64,000 bases of DNA from Macrostomum lignano (lineage: Eukaryota). Made by a program: the position numbers and the translations under genes. The notes under the pieces were generated by a model that ran no database searches, was not told the DNA's origin, and saw only the letters and a list, made by a program, of their open reading frames with translations. Location: positions 62,001 through 126,000 of the forward strand of contig NIVC01000949.1 in the NCBI GenBank assembly GCA_002269645.1, in the 5' to 3' direction. Numbering within the stretch: the first letter of the stretch is position 1; every line of letters begins with the position of its first letter. Below, piece by piece: positions 1 to 14,576 of the stretch.

Positions 1-3634
<3,634 letters not shown>

Positions 3635-6592
3635 GAGAAAGTAAATTTCTCATCGTCCCCGATACTTGCAGAGGCCAGAATCGTGCAGTATAGAACTTGC
3701 ATACTTTTATACGGACCATGCAGCTTTTACTACTAATGTACTTTGCTGGTTGCAGCTTGCAATTAAAGAAATGTTAACATTGCAGTACGAGACTGCAGAG
3801 AATATTCTCTGCGAGACTGTTGATACTATGAGGAACTTGCTCTCTTAACTAAATTGCGGAGAAACTACTGTACTCGTACAAGCTACAGAATGTAAGGTCT
3901 TATGCCACAGATGCCATAGAATATTGTATTCTGTGTTCTATACCATATGCCAAGAACAAAAATGTACTTATTTCTTTCACCAGCATTTTATTCTCCTCAT
4001 ATTCGTTTACTTTCCTATTAAATTCGATAGAGGCGCTCCTCAGGCCATGGTAATGTCCGCTGCTGCTTTATTTATGTACTTTTTGGTTTTATTTCTGCGC
4101 TCGTAAATACTTTATTTCGCCAAAAATAAAACGAATTGTCAGTTGGATTCGCTGACAGCGCAACAGTTTGCTTAGCCTTATAGGTGTATCAGGCCGGCAC
4201 AACGATACCTGTACGGGTTGGATGGTAGCTTTTTTCATCACCGCGATCATTGAAGGTGGCTCGCACCTCCCAGAGCTAGGCTCGTGTCTCAAAAGAAGTC
4301 CGATATACATGTAGTAGGAAGTCTGGTGCCACAAAACCTTCGTGTCACGCAGATCGCCATGTTGGCGGTAACCATGCAGCTGCTCTGGCACGTTGTACGC
4401 ACGGAGAACCATCTGGGGAGAACTCCTATCCACGTAGCTATCCATGTAGCTCTTTACGCCTCTATATAGCTCCTATATACGCCTCTAAGTACAGGCCCTA
4501 TACGCCTCTGTGTCGTTGATGCATTTGGGCTAGGACCATTTCAGAATTCTGTAAAATAATTATTTCAGCTACAGCCCAGCGTGACAATGCTTTTCTATAG
4601 CAAATATGCAGTACAATATAGATTTGTACAGTCCGCTGGATGCCGCGGTCAGATGTCATGAATACCTCGTAGAGCGCGGATGTACTGGGAGGTCACGACG
4701 GCGAAAAGCTCATATCGGTGATGGCATGGTTGGAACGGCATCCAGCAGAAAATCCCAATGTACGATCTAAAAAACCCAATGTAAAACCCAATCGAATCCT
4801 GACACTGAAATCCCGACTGTTCTGGACTCTCTTCATTTCTCTTCAGGAAAGACAAATTTCTAGTCAGAAGTTTTTAAAGGTAGCTTTTAGAGTTAAAAAA
4901 TTCACAGTAGATAGAGATTGCTCTGCAGATCGCACAGTAATTCTGATATGAAGTAGCAGTAGTAGTAGTAGTACTTGACAATCTGGATTTTCCAATACTA
5001 TATGATCAAATCCCTATGCAGTGGTATAAAGAAGCGAACTGATATAGTGTGCATGTGTATACATATATGCGACTTAAGGATACGGTCAATATTTTCTTTC
5101 ACCAGTGGTAATTATGTTTCATATTAAATTAAAGCGATGCGTTTTAATTTGTTTATACCCACTGATTGTCCCATAAATTCAAACTGACAACTGACGACAA
5201 TGAAAATTTCATTTTTTGTTTAATTCAATGTCGTACTACAGTGGTATGGTGTGTGTGTGTGTAATTTCAATTGAAGTTGCTGTTTTAATTGCGCATGTAA
5301 AACAACGTGGTCTTATTATTGATAAATTGCTGTTTGAAATTGTGAACAGCAATTTCTGTGGCTGCGTTATAACTGAAAATTAAATCAAGTATAGATGACA
5401 CTATGACAGTTGCTCAGTTGCTGGCTAGGTCTAGCCTAGACGCCCTAGAGCTAGAGGCAGTCAATTTTGTTGAACTTCTGAGTATGACGTTCTATGTTAA
5501 ATTTGATTTGGTATAGGCCTAGGCCTATGCCACCTATTAGTATTTAGGCATTTGATATATATTTATAAATAAAAGTGTACTTTGTAATTATGTTCGCCAT
5601 TGTTTGGAACTGACCCAGGAACAAATTTTACCATTGCATTGGCATTGATTAGTGTATGTGTATAATACTATAATTATATATAGTATGCAATGTTAGGCAT
5701 GATATGATTGAGCTATATGCATTTATTATTTGTAGTAGGCCTAGTTTTAAACTTAATTTGCATTCAGAACTCACAATAAATAGTTCAAGTCTCATTAAGA
5801 CCTTTGCCAAGGATTTTTAGCTACTTACTAGCCAAACATCCCCTTTCAGGGAATCTATGTTTGAGTTGTATTTTCAAGTGTTCAGGTTACAAAACAATGT
5901 ACTTTTATCCAGACAGATTTGTAAAAATCCTTATGGTAGTTCAGAATTCAAATTCTGTTTAAAAAAACTTCATTTTTGTATGGGCCCTGTAGTAAAGTAT
6001 TTTTACAGTTTGTTTCATTTGGATAAAAAATAATTTTGGTCTTCCAAAGTGGTACTGATGCTGAATTGATGCAGAAATGAAACCAAATAAAATATTTCAA
6101 ATAGGTAAGTAGCATTGCACATAAAAAGTTCAAAATTAAACTTAGGTGAAAATCTTTGCATTTAGATATATTTTTAGAATTTTGTAATACGCTGATATTT
6201 ACATAAAGTATTTCATCAGAGAAACTATTGAAAAATGAATCCTGTATGAATCTGCTCTTTATATGTAGGCAAAGTGCTATATATTTCAAGGCAAGTTATA
6301 AAGATTGGTTTTGAATGCAAGTTTTACTTTTTATTGCAAAAAAACTGTTTCTTATGTGCTTACTTTGATAGTAAATAATAATTTAAAACATTACTATGTC
6401 TACTATGTATAACTGATTTCAAAAAAAGTATAATCTAAAAAACCAGACAGAAAAAAGCTACTGAAAGAATGAAGTGAAATTTGTCTGCATTACCTTATAT
6501 CTACAATTAAAAAGCTTTCATAAAAATCATATAATCATAAAAATAAATCAGTTTTCATATTTTTGAGAAAAAACTTTATAAACACTTCTTAC

Positions 6593-7203
6593 CCATTCAC
6601 AGCAATGTTGGCCATTTCCTTAACTTTTTTAAAGTTGAAGTGCGACATGCAATAAACCACTTCTTCAGCAATGTCCACTTTGCCATCCTTATCAATATCT
6701 AGTCTCAACTCTATCACATTTGTAGCTATATTAAACTGAGAGTCAGCAATCTTCAAACTGCCACCTTTGATTCTAATACAAGTGCCCTCTTTGCACTTTT
6801 CCCATGTAGCTTCCAACTGTTCACCAAATATAGAAACTTTAATTTCACTAGTGGAATCTCTTAAGAGCAAAGAAAAAACCTGGCTATCAAAGCTTGACCA
6901 GTTGAAATTTTGGATCTGTGAATAAAAGCAATAAGGGCAATATATTGATATTGGAGGATTAAAGCCATTTTAATTAATGATTTCTATTCATAACAATAGG
7001 TCATTTTACTTCATTTTTCTGACCTGTATATGAAAAAAATATCTAGAAAAATACTCAAAAATCAAAATAGCACTTAGATTCTGAATTTAAAGATCTGAAA
7101 TGACAAGTAAATTACTTATTGCAGTGTGCATAAAAACCAGTCTAGTCAATTCTTGACTTATTTGACCACAACTATTTAGTTTATTAATAGTTATCATGTT
7201 GAC
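6593..7203 (-). CDS. RPA70 (RPA1)-like OB-fold (DBD-A) gene fragment, AT-rich
   Basis: Exons 7203-7116, 7023-7010 (14-nt micro-exon) and 6915-6593 splice in phase to VNMITINKLNSCGQISQELTRLVFMHTAISQKNEIQNFNWSSFDSQVFSLLLRDSTSEIKVSIFGEQLEATWEKCKEGTCIRIKGGSLKIADSQFNIATNVIEL. This aligns by eye to RPA1 DBD-A ([42 protein letters not shown]). Introns are 92 and 94 nt. Downstream exons are unresolved, so it may be a pseudogene. Confidence 0.7.
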
Positions 7204-7702
7204 CTGAAAAAGTTACAATTTTGCACATATTTATACTAAATATATATAGAAGCCACATTAATACAAAATAAATAAGAATTTCAATATCAAATTGATTAAT
7301 TAAAAAGTTATATTAAATTAAAATACATAAAAATATGGAAACATTAAATTTGAAATGTATCTGTAATGCTATAAAGGTATTTTTTATATATAAAGAAAAA
7401 TAAAGTAAACAATTAGATATACAGTTATTATTTTAAATCTCTACTGATATAATTAAATAAGTTTAAGTTTAATTATAAAAATGTAATAATATTTTTTATA
7501 ATATGACTATATATCAATACTCAATTTCTATATTAAAATAAAAATGCAAATAGTTAGGGTTCATTTTTAGTATATAGAAAGACTACAGAAAAGAATACAG
7601 AAAATATAGAAAGAAATTAATAAACTTTGTGCTTTTGTAATTTGTGTATACTTTTATAAAAAAATATAAATTGCCTTTATACTTTTCTATCAATCTATAC
7701 CT

Positions 7703-10700
7703 CAGTGGTGGGAGTGAGGAGTGCCCATTTTTTCGCGCCTACAATTTTTTTTTGCTCCGCAAGTTTTTTGTGTCAATCTTTTTTTGCCATACATTGACTA
7801 TATAATGTTCAAAAGAGTAACTCTGATTGAAAGAAAACGATTGTTGTGTTGTTGCAACAGCTTGACTATAATTTAACATCGTAGTCGTAGACAATAGTGC
7901 GCCACTCGCACTCGTGGGTCTCGTGTATTGCATTTTGTTAGGTCTTACAAATGAATTATTTAAATGAAAGTTATTGAATTGCTAAAGATTAAATTCGAAA
8001 TAATCGTAACTTGCATTTGTTATAATTCAAGCTAGACTAAATCTAATATATGAAATCGAAAGCTATATACGAGAGCATATCTAACTTTGGAAGATGTAAT
8101 TTTAAGCAAGTAAAAGGCAACTAACATAGCATTAGCCTAAAAAACATTACGACTAATTGTTCAATATTGTCATTGTCACGCTATTGTTATCCAGAGCGGA
8201 ACTTTTTCTGTTAAACGCTTTCTGGCAGAGGGTTCGACAATGACTGATCAATAGCTCGACGCTTGAGCACCGTCTCAGTGATTTTCTCGGCCTGTTTCAG
8301 CTTCTTCTTCTGCAGCTTGTCTTGTCTGTGTCGCAGGTCGTCCAGCTCACGATCTCGGTCCTCCTTCGCCTTAGTCATTTCCAGCAATAGCTTCTGAGCA
8401 TCATCCCTTTGCTTTTGCTTCTTCTTTATCTGCTCGTTAGTCTCCAGAACAGAATTTTCTAAGTCTGTGAATGTCTTGCTTGTGCTTTTCTCGTTTCAAA
8501 TTTCAGAGAGGACACTCTTCTTGAGCTCTTTCCTCTTCTTGCGCTCCTCTTCTTGCTTCTCTTCTTCCAGCCGTCGGGGGTACGTAGCATAGGCGCTGTT
8601 GCACAGGTTCTGCAACCTAAGTGAGACTGGTAGCGTAGCAGCTGTCCAACATTTAGCAGCAAGGTAACTCAACTCAAGGCACCTCAACTCGCAACGTGTC
8701 GAGCTCGCTTGCTGTCATGATCGTCGGTAGCTGCCTGGCAATGGTATCAACCCACTGAACAAACCGATCGTTTGTCTGCTTTTTCGGATCCAGCAGTTGG
8801 CAGGCACGAAGAGTGGAGCTGCTCAGCGGCAAATATTTAAAGAGTTTCTCTGTTCCCTTTACAAAGAACGCTTTCACCGAAGCTAGACAGGCCTGTTCGT
8901 CACTAGCAGACATCTCAATGAAGAGACGCCTGGCCTGCTCCTCCATGCCGATTTGCAGATGGGGCAGCCAAATCGAACTGTCCTTTAAATCCAGCTTCTA
9001 GACTTTGGCGGGTAGTTTGACTGGCGAGATAAAGCGCAACAGCCAGCAGTGTGTCAGGTCATTCAGCACTTTGTACAGCCGGAATATTTGGCAGTCTTCT
9101 TGTTGGAACAACAGCTCGAACTTCTGCAGAGGACGCAAAACTTCGACCAAAAATAGAAGAAAAAAATCGACTTTGGGGTCACAAACTTGGGCCTTGAGTG
9201 TGCTAAATTTTGCGCCATGCTCCTTAGTCGCAGAGTTGAAGAAGTACTTTTTTAGAGGCTCTAACAGTCGCAAAACTCGTTCAACTACCGGCAACAGCTG
9301 CAGCCAACAGATGTCAACTGGCCGAATAAATGCCAGCTTTCGCACTTCATCAAATTCAGTTGCAATGACATGTAAGCGGTCCTTTTATAGAGGCAATAGA
9401 GGTCGCGCACTAGTGTCTCCACGCTGAGACCTAAGTCCGAAGCGTCGCAAGTGTACTTTGTGGTGTTGTGGATGTGATGAAGGCTGCAGCTGCCTACATC
9501 AATGATATTTCGAAGGTCATCCCAAAGTCGAACTACTACTCCGCTCTTGGAGCCCCGCATGGTGTTGCAGCTGTCCAACATCACTCCAACACACTTTGAC
9601 TTGTCGAGGTTGCACTCCAAAATCATCTGCAAAACAGAAGCAGAAATAGCTGCGGCAGTTATAGAAGACAGCATAGGCAAATCTATGCAGACTGATTTGG
9701 CCTTCATGGTTTTTTTGGTACTATTTTCTGAAAGATATCGCAGAAGGATGCCGAGAAACTTTCCATTCTTATTGGCTTCATCAATTTGCACTGAAAAAAA
9801 GCCTGAGTCTGGTGACTTGCTGTTGCTGCAAACATCGGCCAGAATAACCTCTTTCAGGTAGGGAAAGAGGCCGTGAGACACGAGGTAAGAAATCTTTGAT
9901 CGATGAAGCTGCATTGCAGTCGGAAACTTGGAGTCGGGACAAATCACACGTAAGTCCTCAACAGCGTCATCCTTAGACTCAAAGCTACGATTTTTAATAA
10001 TAATCCTTGTGATAAAACGAATTTCCGAGACTTTCGCAGAGTGACTTAAGTCGTTTGGCTCGCAAGACCCGCCAATACTCTGATCAGCCTGGCCTGCGGA
10101 TGCCCCTGCCATCAACATCTTGAAGGAGCTGCTGCTCCGACGGGCCTTCGAAATTTCGCGATGACTGCCTGCGAGTGGCTCTTAAAGTTTGTAATGCCAC
10201 TTCGAAAAACAAAATCAACATTACACCAGGCACAATCTGCTTTAAAGTCGTCTCGCTTACGTGCCCAAAGACCAATGACGTCACCATTATAGTCAAGCTT
10301 ATTTAACCAATTGTTGTTCCATTGAACACGCTTCGCCATGCTTAATTTTAATAACAATTGTCAGTAGCGCTGGAAGGAGAAAATGGAAGAGATGCTATAG
10401 TGAAAACTATTAGTCTATGAGTGTTGTCTTAACTTGGTATTCAATTTTTAGTTACAACGGATTACTGATTTCCAAGAATAGAATAAGAATAAGTTTCAGT
10501 TCTATTTCTAAAATTGCTAAATAAAACTAAGACACTTAAATGTCTGATAAAACTACAAAATTCTTCAGCATTACACAAGTTTATTTAAACAACAATAAGT
10601 TTACAAGTGAAAGTACAGCTGTAGGAGACACTGGGGGTGTGGCAGTCACTGGCAAAGTAAAGCAAAATCAGCTAACAATTTTTGCGCATTGAGCATTAAA

Positions 10701-10791
10701 AAAATTGCGCCTTGCCTCAGAAATCGCGCATTCGCGCCATTAATCCCGAAATTCGCGCTAGGCACAAATTGGCGCCTCACTCCCACTACTG
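7703..10791 (-). mobile_element. hAT-superfamily DNA transposon, 3089 bp, defective
   Basis: 17-bp TIRs CAGTGGTGGGAGTGAGG and CAGTAGTGGGAGTGAGG (1 mismatch). Perfect 8-bp TSD CTATACCT at 7695-7702 and 10792-10799. Internal transposase remnants. Confidence 0.93.
8211..10339 (-). pseudogene. hAT transposase pseudogene
   Basis: N-terminal CxxC..H zinc-finger-like segment (DCAWCNVDF..KSH), first Asp region FSVQIDEA, second Asp MLDSCNTMRG, CSLHHIHN (CxxH), and ICWL (RW-like). Frameshifts near 10115, 9300-9345 and 8680; in-frame stops at 8998-9000 and 8496-8498. No recognisable dimerisation or catalytic-Glu segment. C-terminal coiled coil ends at TAA 8211-8213. Confidence 0.88.
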
Positions 10792-11209
10792 CTATACCTA
10801 TAAAAATCAAAACTCTGTCTATGTGTCTGTGTGTGGACAATTTTGATCGTTAAATATAATAATACATGTTGCAATTAGCTATTTTATAACTTGAGATATT
10901 GAAAATGCTAAATTTACAAAAGTTTTGACTAATTGATATAGTAATAATTGTTTTAATAATAGCTATTCATTATTGCCTAATACTTTTGCCTTAATAAAGC
11001 TACATTAGTTGTTACTACATTGTGAAAATTATATATTTTTTGTTAGCAAAACATTTCTATTTTTTTGTCTATTACGATTGCCTAAATATCATACTTTGCC
11101 TTAATATGCATGAAATACTTATTATCCTGTTTAATGTTGTTAGAATTTAGCTGCCATATTTAATGAAATCATTATATATATCAGCAAATAAATAAAGCTA
11201 CTAAAAGTT

Positions 11210-11790
11210 GACTGTGTCACTCATTTGGAGGCACCCTACCTGCCCTTCCCCTAAAAGGTTTTGTTTAGCTATAAGCGTATAGCCTTTCTTTCCTTCTCTC
11301 AAAAGGAGCATACACTCCCTTCCCAAGTGATTATCTCACCCTTTCTCAATTGAACAAGTGTGCTGCCTTTTCCAATCCCTAGATCCTTAGTCTAATCTAG
11401 CATTCTGCTAATTCCCCTTTCTAGACTTATTGTCTGCCCAAGCCTTTGCCTATTCCTAACCCCTCTTTTAACATTAGGCATCCTGCCTCCCTCCCTATCC
11501 AACTTTCTCTCCCAATTATTAGGCGCCTTGCCCTTTCCCAATTCCCTATTAAGAGCCTAATATCTATAATAGATAGACAGTAAACAGTATAATAGATAGT
11601 ATCTTGCCGCTTGGACACTATGCCACCAGGAGCAACCCTAGGCATAATCATAATAATGAGAATTGAACATTATCCCAATTCTAAGAAAGTCCTAAATCCT
11701 GAGTCGAGTTAACCCTGTAACAATTTGGTGACTAAGCGGTAGAATCAAGCTATAACTTAATAGACCCTATGACATAATGTATTATTAAAT
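11210..11790 (+). mobile_element. Possible degenerate LTR-like element ending in a PBS-like unit
   Basis: CCCTGTAACA-ATT-TGGTGACTAAGCGGTAGAATC (11713-11746) matches the LTR-end+PBS unit of the other copies. A decayed unit follows at about 11765. The body is not clearly homologous to the other LTRs and the 5' boundary is a guess. Confidence 0.35.
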
Positions 11791-12600
11791 CTTTAATGAC
11801 CTTTTTAAAAGTTGGTATATTGATTTTGGTATACAAAACTGAAAATGAATATATGAATATATGAACTATAAGAATAGTATATAGGATAACTGACTAAATC
11901 CAAAATATGACAATATAATGACTCTAATAATGAATATAAAAAATACTTTACAAAACATTTTTTCCTAATAAAAGGTTTGCCAGGAAGACTTTGTTAGTTA
12001 AAGATAAACTCTATCAACTATGCTGCATATAGTTGCTTTGATTTAAGTTATAAATGTAATATCCATTTTAATATTGTTTTCTTGAGTCACATGATCATGT
12101 TATTTCTTGAAAAATTGAGAATTTTGAATTAAAATAGGTCAACTTAACAAAACCCTATTGGAACCTGTAGACATACAACACAAAGTCTAAAATTATAGCT
12201 CAAAAACCTGGTATAACACAGAACATATAATTAACTTTTGCATTGAATACATATTATATAATACTAATTAGATGATAAGGCATTTAACCTTCATAAGATA
12301 TAGTGATAGTTACTCTTGCCATTTTACCTTAAAACTATACCACTCCTTGACATCACTTGCCTTAACTCCAGCCACAATTTGATACCAGAAAGTTCCAAAA
12401 GGGAACAAAATAAATAGGCTAATAATAATGTAGACCTTAGTTTTTAAAGCAAAGAAATACTGCAAAGGCAAAAACACTTATTGCAAATTAAGGGCACATG
12501 TTCTATATTTTGTATCTAATTCTACTTTATATTCTTTATAATCTAATAATCTATTCTAGGCACGATAAAGTAAACCAGAGCATCAGGAAGTGTGGATATT

Positions 12601-14128
12601 AGTTATATATAATAAACAAATTGAGCCTAAAATAATAGCCTATTTTTATATGCACAAAAAATACTTTATGTTTTTGCTAAGTTTTCTTAGAAATGCACAC
12701 AGTTAAATTTATGCAAAAAAGAAATTATTTTTATTTTTGTTTAAATGTTGTTATTATCAAAAATATTAACTTTTGTTTAAAATGCATTGGAAATTATAGT
12801 ATAAATAGAAGCTCAAAGCGGGCCAAGAAAAATAAACTTTATTGCCTTAACTCATTAAGAGTTCTCAAACTTTGAGCAAACTTAATAAGCTCTTTTTAAA
12901 TCTCTAAAAAAAGTTGTTCAAATCAACTTATTCATTTCTAAAGTAGCAAACCCCCTTATTGGGAGTATCAGAAACTGCTAAGAGCAAGAATTGCCTCAAG
13001 GCAAGGAAAGTGCCTCAGGGCAAGGAAAATGCATAAATCTATGACACTCTGATCCCAGGAATGCCCAGGACTGAGAGAAACTTATAGGAATAAATAGAGT
13101 AGGGCCATTTCATATAATTATGGTCGTAATATGACAGACTATTTTTACTTATAAAATGAAATCTAATAATAGAATATACTAAACCAATATTTTGAATGAA
13201 AGATTATTTTGTCAAGAATATGTTTATAAAGTTTCATATAGATATCATCATTAGTATAGATGCTATTAAACCTTGAATGGCACTTATGGTCGTAACAACA
13301 GGATTTTGACATATAGAAACTAAAAGGTAAAAGTCTTATAACATTTTTCATTTTTGATATTTTGCAATAATTTTTTTTAAATTTGACTAAGAACATCTTT
13401 AGAAGTCATACTCTTTAATTAGAATATATAAACTCAAAAAGGCAACAAAGATACAAAAGAAAAGGCAGCCTTTTGGTCATAACATTATGGTCGTAACATA
13501 TTTTTTTCTGTTAATTTAGTAACTTTAAAGTACTAATATATTAAAAATATTATATAGATTATATGGTTGCTAATGTTTTTATCTGATGATGCAAGTACTA
13601 TAATTTTATATATAGTTTTTTTTACCTTCTAAAGCTTTCTATTTGTTTTTAAAAGGTACATAAACTTAATGATGTCTTTTGCTTAGAAAATGTCCAATTT
13701 TTTACAAAAATAACTTTTTGCCAACTGATAACATACTAATCCAACATTTTATCATTTATTTATTCTTAGATTGTATACATTACATACAAAAAAGATTTGG
13801 TAAAAAAATTGGCTGATAAGGCAATGACAAGCAAAAATATTGACTTTTTTCTATTTTCCAAATATGTCCATCTTATATGGAATGGGCCAGTAGACAGTGC
13901 CATTAGACCACTTAGACCAAAGAGTACAGTACATATAAAGATGCTACCAATAAGATAAATAGACACTACCCAGATAGAAGTAGATAGAATTAGTCACACT
14001 TCTCTTTGTACAAAAGTACATTAAATTAAGTATAGGAATTAACCCTGTAATATCTGGTAGCATTGTGAGATTATTTATAAAGACAGAAGGTAACCCCTTT
14101 GACAACTTTGGTGGCAGCAAGTAAGATT
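12601..14128 (+). mobile_element. LTR-like element (decayed copy) with two PBS-like units, interrupted by a MITE
   Basis: Homologous by eye to the reverse complement of 21066-21768: TATAAATAGAAGCTC at 12800, TGCCTCAGGGC repeats, CTCTGATCCC.GGAA..CCAGGACTGAGAGAA, and TAGACAGTGCCA.TAGACC. PBS-like units at 14055-14072 and 14109-14128. Confidence 0.65.
13102..13888. mobile_element. Non-autonomous DNA transposon (MITE), unclassified, 787 bp
   Basis: 16-bp imperfect TIRs GGGCCATTTCATATAA and GGCCCATTCCATATAA. AGTA on both flanks (13098-13101, 13889-13892). It splits the host LTR exactly. Three internal TTATGGTCGTAA motifs. Confidence 0.75.
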
Positions 14129-14244
14129 AACAGTAGAATAAATAAGAGCTCTGGGACAAAATATAATTAATTTGCTGAATATATATATTAAGTTATAAAT
14201 GCAAATATAAATGTTATTTATGAGATTAAAGGCCTACTATAAAA

Positions 14245-14406
14245 TTACCCCATCGAATGCTGGCACCTATTTTACAACTGGGTGAATTGAAGCAATGCAG
14301 AGTTAAGTGTCTTGCTCAAGGACATAAATTGTTCCCGTGCGATTGGGAATCGAACCCCGACCTTCAAGTCGTTTGTTCGACGCTCTGACCACTAGGCTAC
14401 AACCCC
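14245..14406 (-). mobile_element. tRNA-derived SINE, 5' half only (copy 2)
   Basis: Head and central domain match copies 1 and 3; the 3' half is absent. Confidence 0.85.
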
Positions 14407-14576
14407 TTAATCAGAGTTACAAAGAAAAATGTCTTAGATTTTTACTTCATGCTAAGCAAGTCAGTGCCCAACTAAAAATCAATATATTGAATTAGATGCT
14501 AATCAAAAGCTGCAATTGTGAATTGCATGCAAATTAATTTTCAATTTCCAACTCAATCATCAAGCAACAGTCAGTC

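Noticed and set aside
4089-4951. Short ORFs, including an ankyrin-like HLGRTPIHVA string
   Set aside because: No consistent exon chain or family match could be built.
5186-5215. CTGACGA..GAAA hammerhead-like string
   Set aside because: No G-C pair closing helix II and no helix I pairing.
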